From NCBI GenBank assembly GCA_002269645.1, contig NIVC01000744.1:186001-250000 (forward strand): 64,000 nucleotides of DNA, given 5' to 3'. Position 1 is the stretch's first letter; the number at the start of each line of letters is the position of its first letter. The position numbers were made by a program, and so were the translations under genes. The notes beneath the pieces are model-generated. The model was given only the letters and a program-made list of their open reading frames with translations. It made no database searches and was not told the origin of the DNA. The DNA comes from Macrostomum lignano (lineage: Eukaryota). This document shows positions 23,966-37,352 of this stretch, one piece after another.

Positions 23966-24854
23966 TATCCGGACAGAACACCCGAAGGTGGCTTTTGACA
24001 CTACAGAAAAGACTCAAATTGACATCTTTGATGTTGGGCTTAAATTGAGTCTCGTAACACCCCGGAACTACGCGTAGAACCCTAGCAGCAGCAGCCGCAG
24101 CCGCAGCGAGTCCTCACGCGACCCAAACACCCGAGCCAGTTAAAGAAGAGAGCGCGCCAAGAATTTCGGGCGGAATTGAAAAAGAACGAAGGGCAGGGGA
24201 GGGGCTGCCGCTGGATGCCCCGGTCCGCATCTGTTTGCCAAGCTGACAGTCCGGCGAGACGTTGCCACCCCTCCCCCCCCCCCGGGGGAATTCAAGAACC
24301 TGACGCTGGTCGCATTTTATTAATCCGGGGGACAGAGATTAGAGGGGCCCTCCTGCAGCTGGCGAGGGCGTGTTGGAGACCGGCCGCAAAGTTCGGTTTG
24401 GGCCAATATAATCTGACTGCGGATTCGCGACAAGCAGGCAGCCTTCAGACAGGCGGATTTCCGCGGGAAAAACTGCCAGGCCGCCTTGGTCGCCTGGCTA
24501 ATCCTAGCAGCTCGAGGCCTGGGCCGACCCGGTCAGGCCAAGCGGAGGGTCGAACAGGAACACCTGGTTTGCCCGGGTCGGTGCACGGACACTGCTCTAC
24601 TCAGGTAGAGATGCAGAGGCGCGGCTGGTGGAGGGATCGGGGCAGAAAGACCGCTAGAGAGTTTGTGGCACCCCTCAGTGAATGGCGACGCTAAGGAAAA
24701 AGCGCCGCTTATATGAACTGGCGCCCCAGATGCCTATGACTCTGTTGCTGACGCCTCAATAAAAAATCCTGGATACACCCGGGAGAAACAGTGCTCTCTG
24801 CTCTTTAAAAATCGAGCAATTTCAATGCAGGCTAGTGTTCTCCCCGAGTTGCGG

Positions 24855-25288
24855 TCTCGGATGGTGTGGCCTCGGATGATGTGGCCTCGGATGGTGTGGC
24901 CTCGGATGGTGTGGCCTCGGATGGTGTGGCCTCGGATGATGTGGCCTCGGATGATGTGGCCTCGGATGATGTGGCCTCGGATGATGTGGCCTCCGATGAT
25001 GTGGCCTCCGATGATGTGGCCTCGGATGGTGTGGCCTCGGATGATGTGGCCTCGGATGGTGTGGCCTCGGATGATGTGGCCTCGGATGGTGTGGCCTCGG
25101 ATGATGTGGCCTCGGATGATGTGGCCTCGGATAATGTGGCCTCGGATGGTGTGGCCTCGGATGATGTGGCCTCCGATGATGTGGCCTCGGATGATGTGGC
25201 CTCGGATGATGTGGCCTCGGATGATGTGGCCTCCGATGATGTGGCCTCGGATGATGTGGCCTCGGATGATGTGGCCTCGGATGATGTC
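24855..25288. repeat. Minisatellite, 15-bp unit (tggcctcggatgatg)
   Basis: Near-perfect array. Confidence 0.96.
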
Positions 25289-25844
25289 CCACAGCAACAT
25301 CATCCGAGTATTTATTATTTAATTTGGTTTGATTTTGTGATGAAAATAATGATTTTTCCATCTCTGCAGTGAATTTTTTGACAAAAATCGGCCTCAAAAA
25401 ACAACACGATCTTGGAGTGCAGCGTTCTGATGTACTGCTAGTGGTCCTTGGGTTCCGTGGCGACGCTGCACATTAATTTATTATACTCTGCTGGCCTGGG
25501 ACTTGAGCAACAGTGACAAATTTTCCATTTTATTTTTGCAGTGCCCACTAGCGTCTCTTTTCGTTGGGCCTCTCACCCCGTCGGCACTCGTAATTTGAAA
25601 GCCCAGCGCGGCAGCTCCATCCATCAGCGACACCTCCAGGAAGTGATTATTCAGTCGGACCAGCGCCACTCTCTGCTAAATTGCCTGCACCAGAGGCGGC
25701 CAGCTTCAGCGGACAGACGGGGAGACAGAGAGACAATTTCCTTGCTTCAAAGCAATCTACGAAATGAAACGGCGGCCGGTGGACTCGGGCTACAGCAAAC
25801 TGTTGGCCCAGGCAGCTCTTCTGAGAGCCCGCATTCGTGACCCA

Positions 25845-26730
25845 GCCCTCATTGTGCGGCCTGGTTCAGCCCTCACCCAAACCCAAATACTCATTGTGCG
25901 GCCTGGTTCAGCCCTCACACAAACCTTCAACCCTCATTGTGCGGCCTGGTTCAGCCCTCACCCAAATCCTTAACCCTCATTGTGCGGCCTGGTTCAGCCC
26001 TCACCCAAATCCTCAACCCTCATTGTGCGGCCAGGTTCAGCCCTCACCCACCCCTTAACCCCGCTGTGCAGGATGGCTCCTCCCTCACCCAGCCCTCAAC
26101 CCCCGCTGTGCAGGATGGCTCCGCCCTCAAACCCCGCTGTGCAGGATGGCTCCGCCCTCAACCCCTGCTGTTCAGGATGGCTCCCGCCCTCAACCCCCGC
26201 TGTGCAGGATGGCTCCCGCCCTCAACCCCCGCTGTGCAGGATGGCTCCCGCCCTCAACCCCCGCTGTGCAGGATGGCTCCCGCCCTGAACCCCCGCTGTG
26301 CAGGATGGCTCCCGCCCTCAACCCCCGCTGTGCAGGATGGCTCCCGCCCTCAACCCCGCTGTGCAAGATGGCTCCCGCCCTGAACCCCCGCTGTGCAGGA
26401 TGGCTCCCGCCCTGAACCCCCGCTGTGCAGGATGGCTCCCGCCCTCAACCCCCGCTGTGCAGGATGGCTCCCGCCCTCAACCCCGCTGTGCAGGATGGCT
26501 CCCGCCCTGAACCCCCGCTGTGCAGGATGGCTCCCGCCCTGAACCCCCGCTGTGCAGGATGGCTCCGCCCTCAACCCCTGCTGTTCAGGATGGCTCCCGC
26601 CCTCAACCCCCGCTGTGCAGGATGGCTCCCGCCCTGAACCCCCGCTGTGCAGGATGGCTCCCGCCCTGAACCCCCGCTGTGCAGGATGGCTCCCGCCCTC
26701 AACCCCGCTGTGCAGGATAGCTCCGCCCTG
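25845..26730. repeat. Two adjacent minisatellites: about 43-bp unit (ctcattgtgcggcctggttcagccctcaccc...) grading into a 31-32 bp unit (cccgctgtgcaggatggctcccgccctcaacc)
   Basis: Tandem copies; unit switches near 26055. Confidence 0.9.
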
Positions 26731-26781
26731 CCTAACGCACCGTGCTGCTGCCTCAGCGCCCGCAGGTCGCCTTCAACTCAC

Positions 26782-27058
26782 GGTAGTGCACCGAGGGCTG
26801 CAGGTCGCAGCTGGCCGCGGCCACCTCGGTAAACCGCTCTTCGCTGGAGTCGCTGCCGCTGTCGCCGTCAGCATCCGCATCGGCGACAGACAGTGACGTC
26901 AGCGGCAGGAACTGCGGCGCTGGCGACTCCTCCACGATGGGGCTGAGGCTCTGCAGCTGGTGGTAGCCGCTAGCAGATGCCGACGCCAGCTCTGTAGCAA
27001 CCGTTACCATGGGAACGGTTTCGCTAACCAGGCGGACGCTGTCCCGAGCAGCCGTCAT
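26782..27058 (-). CDS. Candidate first coding exon of the TMEM268-like gene (MTAARDSVRL...SVHY)
   Basis: ATG at 27058, strong donor C|gtgagt in phase 1 matching the phase-1 acceptor at 21147; the link is inferred. Confidence 0.4.
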
Positions 27059-27529
27059 TTTCAAATAGAGCAGGAGCTTGGGTGATCCTCGGCGCGTTTT
27101 CTATGGATTTTGGGAGGCTGGCCGGGTCGCCATCAGCAATGCACTGGAGCAAGGATGCCAGCTGAGCTCCCTGTTTTATTTCTGGTCTGCAGACTGGGGG
27201 ATTAAGCAGACTTTGATCCCCTCTCCCATTGGTCGCAAGCTCCCCACCCATCCCCAGATCCCGACAATTGGCTACTCAACAGGCCAGCGTGCAGCCGCTC
27301 TTCTGCTCAGCTTCATCATCAATTAAGCATTCAGCTGGTTGCACGGGGGCTCATGGCATGGGGAACATGTGCACATGAAAATATCCCAAAGCGGAGACAA
27401 GCCAGTCCGGTGCCTTCTCTCTCTGTTATTGGACATTTCTTCAGAGCAGGATGAATGATCCCCTAAACCCCTCACTGATGACCGCTGAGCAGACAATCTG
27501 CTTGTAAATGTCTACCTGATTACTTAGAC

Positions 27530-27990
27530 TGGCGCCTATGTAGTATTTCAAATTGGCGCCAATATCAAATCTAGCTATTTTAACCGGCGCTAATATCTAA
27601 TCAAGTTATTCAAACCGGTGCCAGTATTTAATCAAGTCATTCAAATCGGCGCTAATCTCTATCTAGTAATTTAAACCGGCGCCAATCTCTATCTAGTAAT
27701 TTAAATCGGCACCAATCTCTATCTAGTGATTTAAATCGGCGCCAATCTCTATCTAGTGATTTAAATCGGCGCCAATATCTAATCTAGTAAATCAAGTTGG
27801 CGCCAATATATAATGTAGTAATTCTAATCTAGCATTTCACATCGGCGCCAATATCTAATCTAGCTATTTTAACCGGCGCCAATATCTAATCTAGTAAATC
27901 AAATCGGCGCCAATATTTAATGTAGTAATTCTATTCTAGCATTTTAAATCAGCGCTAATATCCAATCTAGCTATTCAAACCGGCGCCAAT
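27530..27990. repeat. Degenerate AT-rich repeat of about 30 bp (aatctagtaatttaaaccggcgccaatat)
   Basis: Recurring ggcgccaat and atctag motifs. Confidence 0.8.
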
Positions 27991-28499
27991 ATCTGTCTTC
28001 GCAAGTATAACAAATAAAATTCGAAAGCAAAATACCGATTACCGATTAAGACAACAAATAAGCAATGAATTATATAAAAAATAATTTATTGTTAAGGACT
28101 GATTCGCAGCCGCAAAAGTACATTGCCACAGATAAGAATGAATTACGCGCCCGTGCCGCCAGGAGAAAAATAAAATGAGGTTAAAATGCAGCCAGCAATG
28201 CATAACGCGCAGAGCTTCAATTGCCGAGTTGAGTGAAGAGTAGTAAAAAATTGCGGATAAAATTGTTGAAAATAATGCTGCGCACGCTACTTACAGATAG
28301 CCACGAGTAGCACGGTTGGAATATAATAAATTAAAACAGAAATGTGGCACGCACTGAGGAGCTTGGGTGCATAAGTTAGTTTAAGTTCACAATGAGAAAG
28401 ATTTTGCTTTTTGATAAACCAGAGTTGCCAAAACAACTCCTGAACTCAGTGCGGGGTTCAGGATGACGATTACTGAAGGAAGAGATGGCTTCCGGGTTT

Positions 28500-29030
28500 G
28501 GGGCTAGGGTTAGGGAATTAATTCGGGAAAACACTTTTACGTCAGTAAGGTAGTTTAGGGTAGATCGTCGAGTGGTTTAGAGTAGGGTAGATCTGCAGGT
28601 AGTTTAGAGTAGATCGTTAGGTAGACCTTCAGGTAGTTTAAAGTAGATCGTCAGGTAGACCTTCAGGTAGTTTAAAGTAGATCGTCAGGTAGACCTTCAG
28701 GTAGTTTAAAGTAGATCGTCAGGTAGATTAGGGTAGATCATCAGGTAGATTAGGGTAGATCGGCGGGTAGTTTAGGGTAGATCGGTGGGTAGTTTAGGGT
28801 AGATTGTCAGGTAGATTAGGGTAGATCGTCAGGTAGATTAGGGTAGATCGTCAGGTAGATTAGGGTAGATCGGCGGGTACTTTAGGGTAGATCATCAGGT
28901 AGATTAGGGTAGATCGTCAGGTAGATTAGGGTAGATCGGTAGGTAGATTAGGGTAGATCGGTGGGTAGTTTAGGGTAGATCGTCAGGTAGTTTAGGGTAG
29001 ATCGTCAGGTAGATTAGGGTAGATCGTCAG
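28500..29030. repeat. About 22-bp unit repeat (tagggtagatcgtcaggtagat) preceded by ctagggttaggg
   Basis: Tandem degenerate array downstream of the RCC1 stop. Confidence 0.88.
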
Positions 29031-29159
29031 GTATTTGCATCGCGAAGGATTGCCAGCGGGCGAAATAAGAGCAGACTTCTTCAGGTAGCTCGTACAGAAG
29101 CGACTGCCAATGAGCTTTAGGGGGCCCAGTTAATTCCCAATGTGGGTTAAACCTGCAAG

Positions 29160-29623
29160 TCAGAGGCTGTTATTGTTGGCCTCGGCAGCCAGCAGAACGA
29201 CGTGCTGGCCGCCGCCGCTGATGGCGAGAACCCGCAGGCCGTCCAGCTGCTTGCCTTCAACACGGGCGGGCGCGTGGGCGTCCGAGTCCTCCGGGCCGTG
29301 GCCGAGCTGCTTGTTGCTGCCCATGCCCCAGGAGAAGGCGGCGCCGTCCTCCGCCACGCAGAAGCTGCTGGCGGTCGCGCAGGCCACGCCGATGCAGCGC
29401 CGCTGCCCGATGCCTTCGCCGGCCGCCGCCGACTCCCCGCCAGCGTCTTCGGGCGCCTCAGCGGTCGTCGCTACGGGCAGCAGGCAGGCGCTGGCCGCCT
29501 CCCCGAAAGAGCGGCCGCGACCCAGTCGGCCGTATTCGCCTCGGCCGCAGGCGAACACGCCGCCTTCGGAGTCCACGGCTACGGTGTGGTGCTGCCCAGA
29601 GCTCAGCTCCTGCCAGCGGCGGC
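29160..29623 (-). CDS. RCC1: Regulator of chromosome condensation RCC1, exon 5 (terminal)
   Basis: SSGQHHTVAVDSEG..GRGEYGRLG, FSWGMGSNKQLG, ISGGGQHVVLL; ccgcag| acceptor in phase 1; TGA at 29160. Confidence 0.93.
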
Positions 29624-29637
29624 CTGCGGGGTTGGCG

Positions 29638-30100
29638 GTGTCAGACTGGGTAATTCACCTGTGTCAGACTGGGTAATTCACCTGTGTCAGACTGGGTAAT
29701 TTACCTGTGTCAGACTGGGTAATTCACCTGTGTCAGACTGGGTAATTTACCTGTGTCAGACTGGGTAATTCACCTGTGTCAGACTGGGTAATTCACCTGT
29801 GTCAGACTGGGTAATTTACCTGTGTCAGACTGGGTAATTTACCTGTGTCAGACTGGGTAATTTACCCGTGTCAGACTGGGTAATTTACCTGTGTCACACT
29901 GAGTAATTTACCTGTGTCAGACTGGGTAATTTACCTGTGTCAGACTGGGTAATTTACCTGTGTCAGACTGGGTAATTTACCTGTGTCAGACTGGGTAATT
30001 TACCTGTCTGTGTCGGGCTGGGTAATTTACCTGTCTGTGTCGGACTGGGTAATTTACCTGTGTCAGACTGGGTGTTTGACCTGTCAGACTGGGTGTTTGA
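29638..30100. repeat. Intronic minisatellite, 23-bp unit (gtgtcagactgggtaatttacct)
   Basis: Fills RCC1 intron 4. Confidence 0.93.
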
Positions 30101-30350
30101 CCTGTGTGGCGGTCCACTGCCGCCAACTTATTAACATAATGCGGACTGCAGAGCTTTGCCTAAATGCCTCCCTTACTGTTATATCTATGGCCCAAATAGA
30201 CGCTCAAATTGAGAAGCCAGGCCGAACTTGAGGCCTGGCAAGCGGACTTTTTTTACTCGCTCGCACAGCCTTAGGCGAGCCGCTACACCTGTTTATTTTT
30301 TCCTAGAAATCAATGAGCCATCACAATGATCTTAGGGGAGCCCTCCTCAC

Positions 30351-30633
30351 CATTGAACTCGATGGCAACGGCTGGGAAGAACCGGTTCTCAAGGTCGCCG
30401 GTGCCCAGCTGGTAGAAATTGTTGAGTCCCCAGGCCAGCACGAGGTCGCCAATGCCGCCGACGCCACCGCGCACCCTGGCAAAGCTGGCGTAGGCCCCGG
30501 CCCAGACGTCGTCGAACTGGGCGAGCCGGCGCCGCGAGTCCAAGCGAATCTCGCGCGGCGTCAGCAGAGCAGAAAGTCCGGCCCGACCGCCTCGGCTGGA
30601 CGCCTGGCGCTCAGAGACCCTCCCGAGCTGGCC
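30351..30633 (-). CDS. RCC1: RCC1 exon 4
   Basis: GQLGR...AWGLNNFYQLG; ccag| acceptor, G|gtgagg donor. Confidence 0.92.
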
Positions 30634-30698
30634 CTGGGCGGTGCGGCAGTTCTCAGTGCATTTGGGGTGGTTATTAGAGAATTTAGGCTGATTCTCAC

Positions 30699-30850
30699 CT
30701 GCTCCCCGCAGCCGAAGGTGAACACGCGGCCAGCGCTAGTCAGGCAGATCACGTGACTGGCACCGGAGGCTGATTTGACAGCCCGGCCAGCGTCGGCTGG
30801 CAGTTCCACCTGCACAGGCCGCGAACTCATCTGGCCGGCTCGGGTCAGGC
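30699..30850 (-). CDS. RCC1: RCC1 exon 3
   Basis: PVQV..ASGASHVICLT..FTFGCGEQ; CAG|gtgaga donor. Confidence 0.92.
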
Positions 30851-31084
30851 CTGGGTCAGGTGGTGAGTTCGTTTGAGATCAGCGGTCATGCCAGGGTCAC
30901 AGAGGTCAAGTGAGGTCAGGATACATGCGAGGTCAAGGGAAACGTGAGGGCAGATGTCAAGTGAGGTCAGGATGCATGCGAGGTCAAGGGTCATGTGAGG
31001 TCAGGATACATGCGAGGTCAAGGGTCACGTGATGTCAATAGATAAGTGAGATCGGGTCAACGAAAATCAGGAACGATAACCAAC

Positions 31085-31397
31085 CGATCACTCCGTTACT
31101 GTCCCTAAAGGTGCCCCAAACAAAGATGCGGCCAGACGCAGTGACGGCCGCAGTGTGGCTGTCACCGGCCGACAGGTGAACCACCGGGTCCTCAGCCGGG
31201 TCGGGCAGGCCGTCAGCCACGAGGGCGGGCCGGAACTCGCTGCCTTCATCGTCGGCGCCGCCCTCATCGGAAACGCTGTCGTCCCTTTCGGGCGCGTCAA
31301 TAACCGGCCGGCCGAGGGCGCACTCGTCGTTGCAGCCGAAGGTGAAGACACGGCCGTCGGCTGCCAGGCAGGCAGTGTGCATCCCTCCCGCCACCAC
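31085..31397 (-). CDS. RCC1: RCC1 exon 2
   Basis: [43 protein letters not shown]. Confidence 0.93.
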
Positions 31398-31444
31398 CTG
31401 TGGAGCAGCGCGGGATCGGAAAGGAAATGTTAGCATTAGGGCGG

Positions 31445-32850
31445 TTCGTAAATCTCACCTCTTGGCACAGCAGGTCACAAATCTCACCCATCCGCATCCC
31501 AGGTCACAAATCTCACCCCATAGGAATCGAAGGTCACAAATCTCCCCCTATAGGCATCGCAGGTCACAAATCTCACCCCATAGGCATCGCAGGTCACAAA
31601 TCTCACCCCATAGGAATCGAAGGTCACAAATCTCCCCCTATAGGCATCGCAGGTCACAAATCTCACCCCATAGGCATCGCAGGTCACAAATCTCACTCCA
31701 TAGGCATCGCAGGTCACAAATCTCACCCCATTCGCATCGCAGGTCACAAATCTCATCCATCCGCATCGCAGGCCACAAATCTCACCAAATAAACATCGAA
31801 GGTCACAAATCTCACCCAATAGGCATCGCAGGTCACAAATCTCACCCCATACGCATCGCAGGTCACAAATCTTACCAAATAGGCATCGAAGGTCACAAAT
31901 CTCACCCCATAGGCATCGCAGGTCACAAATCTCACTCCATAGGCATCGCAGGTCACAAATCTCACCCCATTCGCATCGCAGGTCACAAATCTCACCAAAT
32001 AAACATCGAAGGTCACAAATCTCACCCAATAGGCATCGCAGGTCACAAATCTCACCCCATACGCATCGCAGGTCACAAATCTTACCAAATAGGCATCGAA
32101 GGTCACAAATCTCACCCAATAGGCATCGCAGGTCACAAATCTCATCCATCCGCATCGCAGGCCACAAATCTCACCAAATAGGCATCGAAGGTCACAAATC
32201 TCACCCAATAGGCATCGCAGGTCACAAATCTCACCCAATAGGCATCGCAGGTCACAAATCTCATCCCATACGCATCGCAGGTCACAAATCTCACCCCATT
32301 CGCATCGCAGGTCACAAATCTCACCCATCCGCATCGAAGGTCACAAATCTCACTCAATGCGCATCGCAAGTCACAAATCTCACCCCATTCGCATCGCAGG
32401 TCACAAATCTCACCCATTCGCATCGAAGGTCACAAATCTCACCCAATGCGCATCGCAAGTCACAAATCTCACCCAATGCGCATCGCAGGTCACAAATATT
32501 ACCCCATAGGCATCGAAGGTCACAAATCTCACCCAATGCGCATCGCAGGTCACAAATCTCACTCCATACGCATCGCAGGTCACAAATCTCACCCCATTCG
32601 CATCGCAGGTCACAAATCTCACCCATCCGCATCGAAGGTCACAAATCTCACTCAATGCGCATCGCAAGTCACAAATCTCACCCAATGCGCATCGCAGGTC
32701 ACAAATATTACCCCATAGGCATCGAAGGTCACAAATCTCACCCAATGCGCATCGCAAGTCACAATCTCACCCAATGCGCATCGCAAGTCACAAATCTCAC
32801 CCAATGCGCATCGCAAGTCACAAATCTCACCCCATTCGCATCTCAGATCA
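31445..32850. repeat. Intronic minisatellite, about 30-bp unit (gcatcgcaggtcacaaatctcaccccatag), with about 210-bp higher-order blocks
   Basis: Fills RCC1 intron 1; variant aaacatcgaa at 31791 and 32001. Confidence 0.95.
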
Positions 32851-32881
32851 CAAATCCCCTCAGGCATGCCCAGGTGCTCAC

Positions 32882-33148
32882 CTGAACGCAGCCGCAGTCG
32901 AGCAGTCCCACGCCAACCCGGGCAGGCCGCTTCCTGCTCAATGCGGAGTCCCCGAGTCCCAGCTGACCGGTGTCGCCTTCGCCAAGCGTGAGCACGCGGC
33001 CAGCAGTTTTGTTAAAGCTGGGCTGAATTTCCTGAGCGTCTCCGGCTGGATGATGGCGGCGGGGACGCTTGGGTGCCCGCTGCTGAGCCGCCTCGGCTGC
33101 TTGCTGCTGCTGCTGCTCGCTGTTCACTCGCTTACGGGCGCGTGGCAT
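32882..33148 (-). CDS. RCC1: RCC1 exon 1 (basic NLS-like tail + first repeat)
   Basis: MPRARKR..KRPRR; VLTLGEGDTGQLGLG..RKRPA; CAG|gtgagc donor; joined CDS is 1479 nt = 493 codons. Confidence 0.92.
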
Positions 33149-36100
33149 CGCGTTGGATGGCTGAAGGCAGCAGAAAGCACAATGGAATGACAAACACGTG
33201 CAGAATGAGATTTATGAGGCTGATATAAATGATGATGCTGCAGCTGGTTATTGGGTAAAAAGGCTTTTTAGCTAGAGGTGCGCTGATATGGTTTGTTATA
33301 CATTTATTTTATACCTATATAATGTATTTTTTGTAGAAAACTATTTTGCACTAGCAAAAAATAAAATTTAGGAGGTTGTACATGTATTTATTTATGACCA
33401 AATTGTCTAATTATTAATCAATATATTTAACATTTTAGATAGGTTAAACAATATAAGTGCTATAAAAGTAATAGAGTTTTACTATAAATTTTTTCCCCAT
33501 ATCTTAGTTAATTTCAATTAACTTGTAATAACTTTTTATGGTTTAATGAAATCCAATGGCAGCAATTATTTTACTGATCACTAAAATATAGTGATAAAGT
33601 AAATAATGACAGCAATAATCTGGACTACTACTCATTAACAATTCAAGTTTATTTATTGTATAAAAAGAAAAGCTATAACTGCTTTAAGTTATAAAGTTGT
33701 CTTAACTTTAAACTTTGACAATTTACTAACCCCAAAACATGCATATATAATCCAAAATATTTGTTGTTTACCTCCCTAACAAGGAATTAAGAGCTTCTTT
33801 TGCATTGAGAATAAAAAATCATCTTAACATTTGTTTCCTAAACTTAAACTATAAAATATAAAACCTTTGTCAAACAATCATTTTGTTATTTAGTTTATCA
33901 GATAGTAGATAAAACACAGCCCATTCTTTATTTTAAATCTTAATTAAAATAACTTTTCTATAAAAGCCACATTTTAAGAAAGTAATTTGATGTTTTGCTA
34001 AATCAAGTTAGTTTTGTGGTAGTGCGGGCTACCACTGAGTGCAGATTGAATAATTTTTGCATGACCAACTTGCATGATTTACCATTTGCCTCCCCAGTGA
34101 CAAAATTGTTATTTCTCATAATGATGCCTAGCCCTACAGCTAGTCCCTCTTGTCCCCAACTTGGTTACGCCTCTATTCCCTCTATTGGACCCAACTTATG
34201 CACCCAATTTATTTCATTTTAATTTTTACTTTTTATTTCATGTTTGGCTCAACTCTGGGTTTTCCCCATTCCACACTTTGCCCCTTCAGTTGTCCTAAGC
34301 ATTGGCACAAATCTATATAACTTAACCTGAATCCCTGCTAATCCTATTTAATATTTTGTTAGCTCGTGTTAATTCAACTATTTTGGTGCTCTTTTTCTCT
34401 ATTTCTCTCCTTATAAACCTATGTGAATTTTGATATTTCCATTATTAATCTATTGCCACACTCTTTTCAAAAACCATAACCAACTTATTTATCTTGCACT
34501 GCAGCACTGCTGAATTCATCTCACATACAGTCCAGCTGAGCTAATAACTTTATTAATAAATGATAATAACCTTTGCTACTTTGACATACATTGAATTATG
34601 GTGTCTAAGGACCCAAACTTGACAACTGTGCCTAACAAAGACCACTTGACTATGATTATGACTATCCTTCCCTAGAATTAAAGACTGCAGCAGACAGAGT
34701 AACCAGGAAGAATTTGCTAAGATTCAACTGAATGATTTTCTAGCTTAATTTGTGCAAACTCAATGTAGGCAGGCAACAATTCAAATTTGCTCAACTGACC
34801 AACTTACCACTGGTAAGAAAAATTCCTTTCTTTCTTTCTTCTTCCATCCCTACCTTAATGCATTAAAAGGAACTTTACTTGTTATTATAGTGATGTGTTT
34901 CTAAAAAAACATGCATATTGAAATGGGAATTGTGTTTTTTTTATTTAGTTGATTATATGAAATATTCATTTTACTTTAATTGTGCTCTTGCCTCTTTATT
35001 TTAATACTGCTTTTTAGTTCTTATTTTTCATGCCACAAAGAAGGCAGATATTTTGCTAGCCTGAGTATAGGAAAGCAATGAGAAATTCTAAACAAGCAAT
35101 TGACTATGATGCCTATAGTAAATGGTATTATATTCTCTACAAAGCAGGCATCAGGCAATCGCAAACCTTCTAGATAACCCAAGGAAGCCTTTTCGGTTGC
35201 TTCGCTCACCAGGAAATAACACTCATATGGCCATTTCCCCCCTCTACAAGTTTAGTCTCATTTTGGGAACTTGGAAAGCAAAGAATTTTTGTCTTTCCTT
35301 TACTATACACTGCACACTATTTATCTTTTTCTATGTTTTGCCTATATTTTCTCATGCAAGATATCACTTAGACAATAAAAAACAACTTCGATATCAATTC
35401 ACTCTAAGCAATTCTCTGGTTTTCTAAACTAATTTTTTAATAAAACATTTGTATAATATATCATGGGATACAAGTGCTATGTTCCAGCTTGTGTTACTAA
35501 TTTGCCTTGGTATAAGAAGGATCCAACTGTTTCTATCTACAAGTTTTTTTCTGTTGAGAATCTGGATCTGCTGAACAAGTGGATCCTTGAGAATCAATTC
35601 CTTGAGAATGGACTGAGGCTGAGCTGTGTAAGCTATGGTCTGACCCTAGTCACAATTATCAGGTTTGCTTTCTGCATTTTCTAGGTAAGTTTTTTGTGAC
35701 TGTCTCTATCCTAACCCAAATCACAAAAGGCCTGCAGCTGATAATCCATCAACTGGTACTGCTAAGCTTAAAAATAAACATCTGATAGATGATGCCGTGC
35801 TATGCATCTTCCCAAATGTTGCACCCCACTTGAGCATGGCCATCCTAGAAAGCAGCAAATAGTTTGTGTATCCGCTGAGAGCCATTGAAAGAATAACATT
35901 CAACATTGCAAGGTAGAAGCAGAGGAGCCTTTACAAAAAGATGTGATTTCTGACTTTTACACTATTATGTCATACAATCTATCAGATCATTTAAAGTGCT
36001 TTTTCAAGGTGATCTTTGAATTAAGTGTAACTTTTATTACAATTAGAATGTCTATTGCTTCTTTTGCTAGAGATCTAGCAACTGATGATCTTAAAACCTT

Positions 36101-37220
36101 TGCCCAACTTGGAAATATCATAGCTAGGCTAAAAATCATCTAGCTATGATGTTTGGAAGATGTCCATTTGGAAGATTTCTAGCATGGTTGTGAGGAGCAC
36201 CTCTTACTAGCTCAGGAGGCAGTCACAAAAGCTATCATCAACTTGTCAGCTAAGATTGAAGTCAAGAATGATCAAGAGCTAGATACTTCTAGATTGAGCA
36301 ATGACCCTGATATCAAGGCAACCAAAGATTATCTCAAGCTAAAAGTTGATAGCTTGTCTAAGTCTGAGAGAGTAGTGCTTGTTGTAATTGATGAAACTTA
36401 TTTGTTGAAGCAAAATGGAACTCAATAAAAACAAGATATTTGACAATGACATAGAAACCAATGAGTTTGCCAAAACTGTGTGCACTTTTTTGATCAAGTT
36501 GCTATGGAGACTTCTAGGAAATAATTTTTCTTATGCCAAAAAGTAGGCTTGGTGCTCTGGACTTGCAAAATCACTTCACTGACTGCCTTGATTTGCTTGA
36601 TTGGGTTCACATGAAGCTGGTAATGTGCATTTTTGACAAAAATGCAGTAAATAAAAGCCTCTTTTGGGGTCTTTTATATAAAGACAAGCTGCGATCATTA
36701 AATTTGAATCCAGTATCTAGCAAGCTGCTGTTCTTTCTCTTTGGCCCTGTACACAACTTTAAAAACATCTTGAAAATTGGATCTTGTACCAGGTGTTTTA
36801 ATTTCTAGACTTTACCAACCCCCTGAAAATCCAAACAGCAGATTTTTGCAATTTGTATTAACTTTATAAACAAGAACTTAGGCAACCAGCTCAGATCATC
36901 TTTCAACTGAATATGAGCTACAAGGTCCTTGAATCCAACAAACATGGAAGACTAATATTCAGCATGCATCCAGCATCTTTAGCGAGTCTACTATAGAAGC
37001 AGCAAAGTTATACCATTTTCCTCTGGCTTGGTAGCCTTCCTAGCGCTCATTCTTAATGTGTGGACAATCTGGAATGTCAAGACCACTTGGTAAGCAAAGG
37101 AAAAATGGCTCCCTAATGCCACTCTGCTAGTGCCAAACCATTACTACCTCAACAAGCTGCGCCAGTTTGCCACTTTTTTAACATTGGAAGGATTCAAAGT
37201 TGTCTGGCTTGATTGTTCCT

Positions 37221-37352
37221 CACGGTGCTTCCCACGTGGCAAAATGACTTAAAAATGGCCCAAGAAAACGGTTACTAATGTTGCAAACTAGGGTGCCTCA
37301 GCTGTCTAAAACATATTTTAAAAGAATCGTTAGTGCTTGTCTTGTCATGATA
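37221..37352 (+). repeat. Left TIR of the Chapaev-type element
   Basis: Reverse complement of 40071..40203, with 3 substitutions and 1 indel by manual alignment. Confidence 0.93.

Noticed and set aside
37221-37260. Full 12/23 RSS (heptamer-spacer-nonamer) in the Chapaev TIR
   Set aside because: Only the heptamer-like CACGGTG is convincing; the A-rich tract gcaaaatga is a poor nonamer at the wrong spacing, and both TIRs are symmetric
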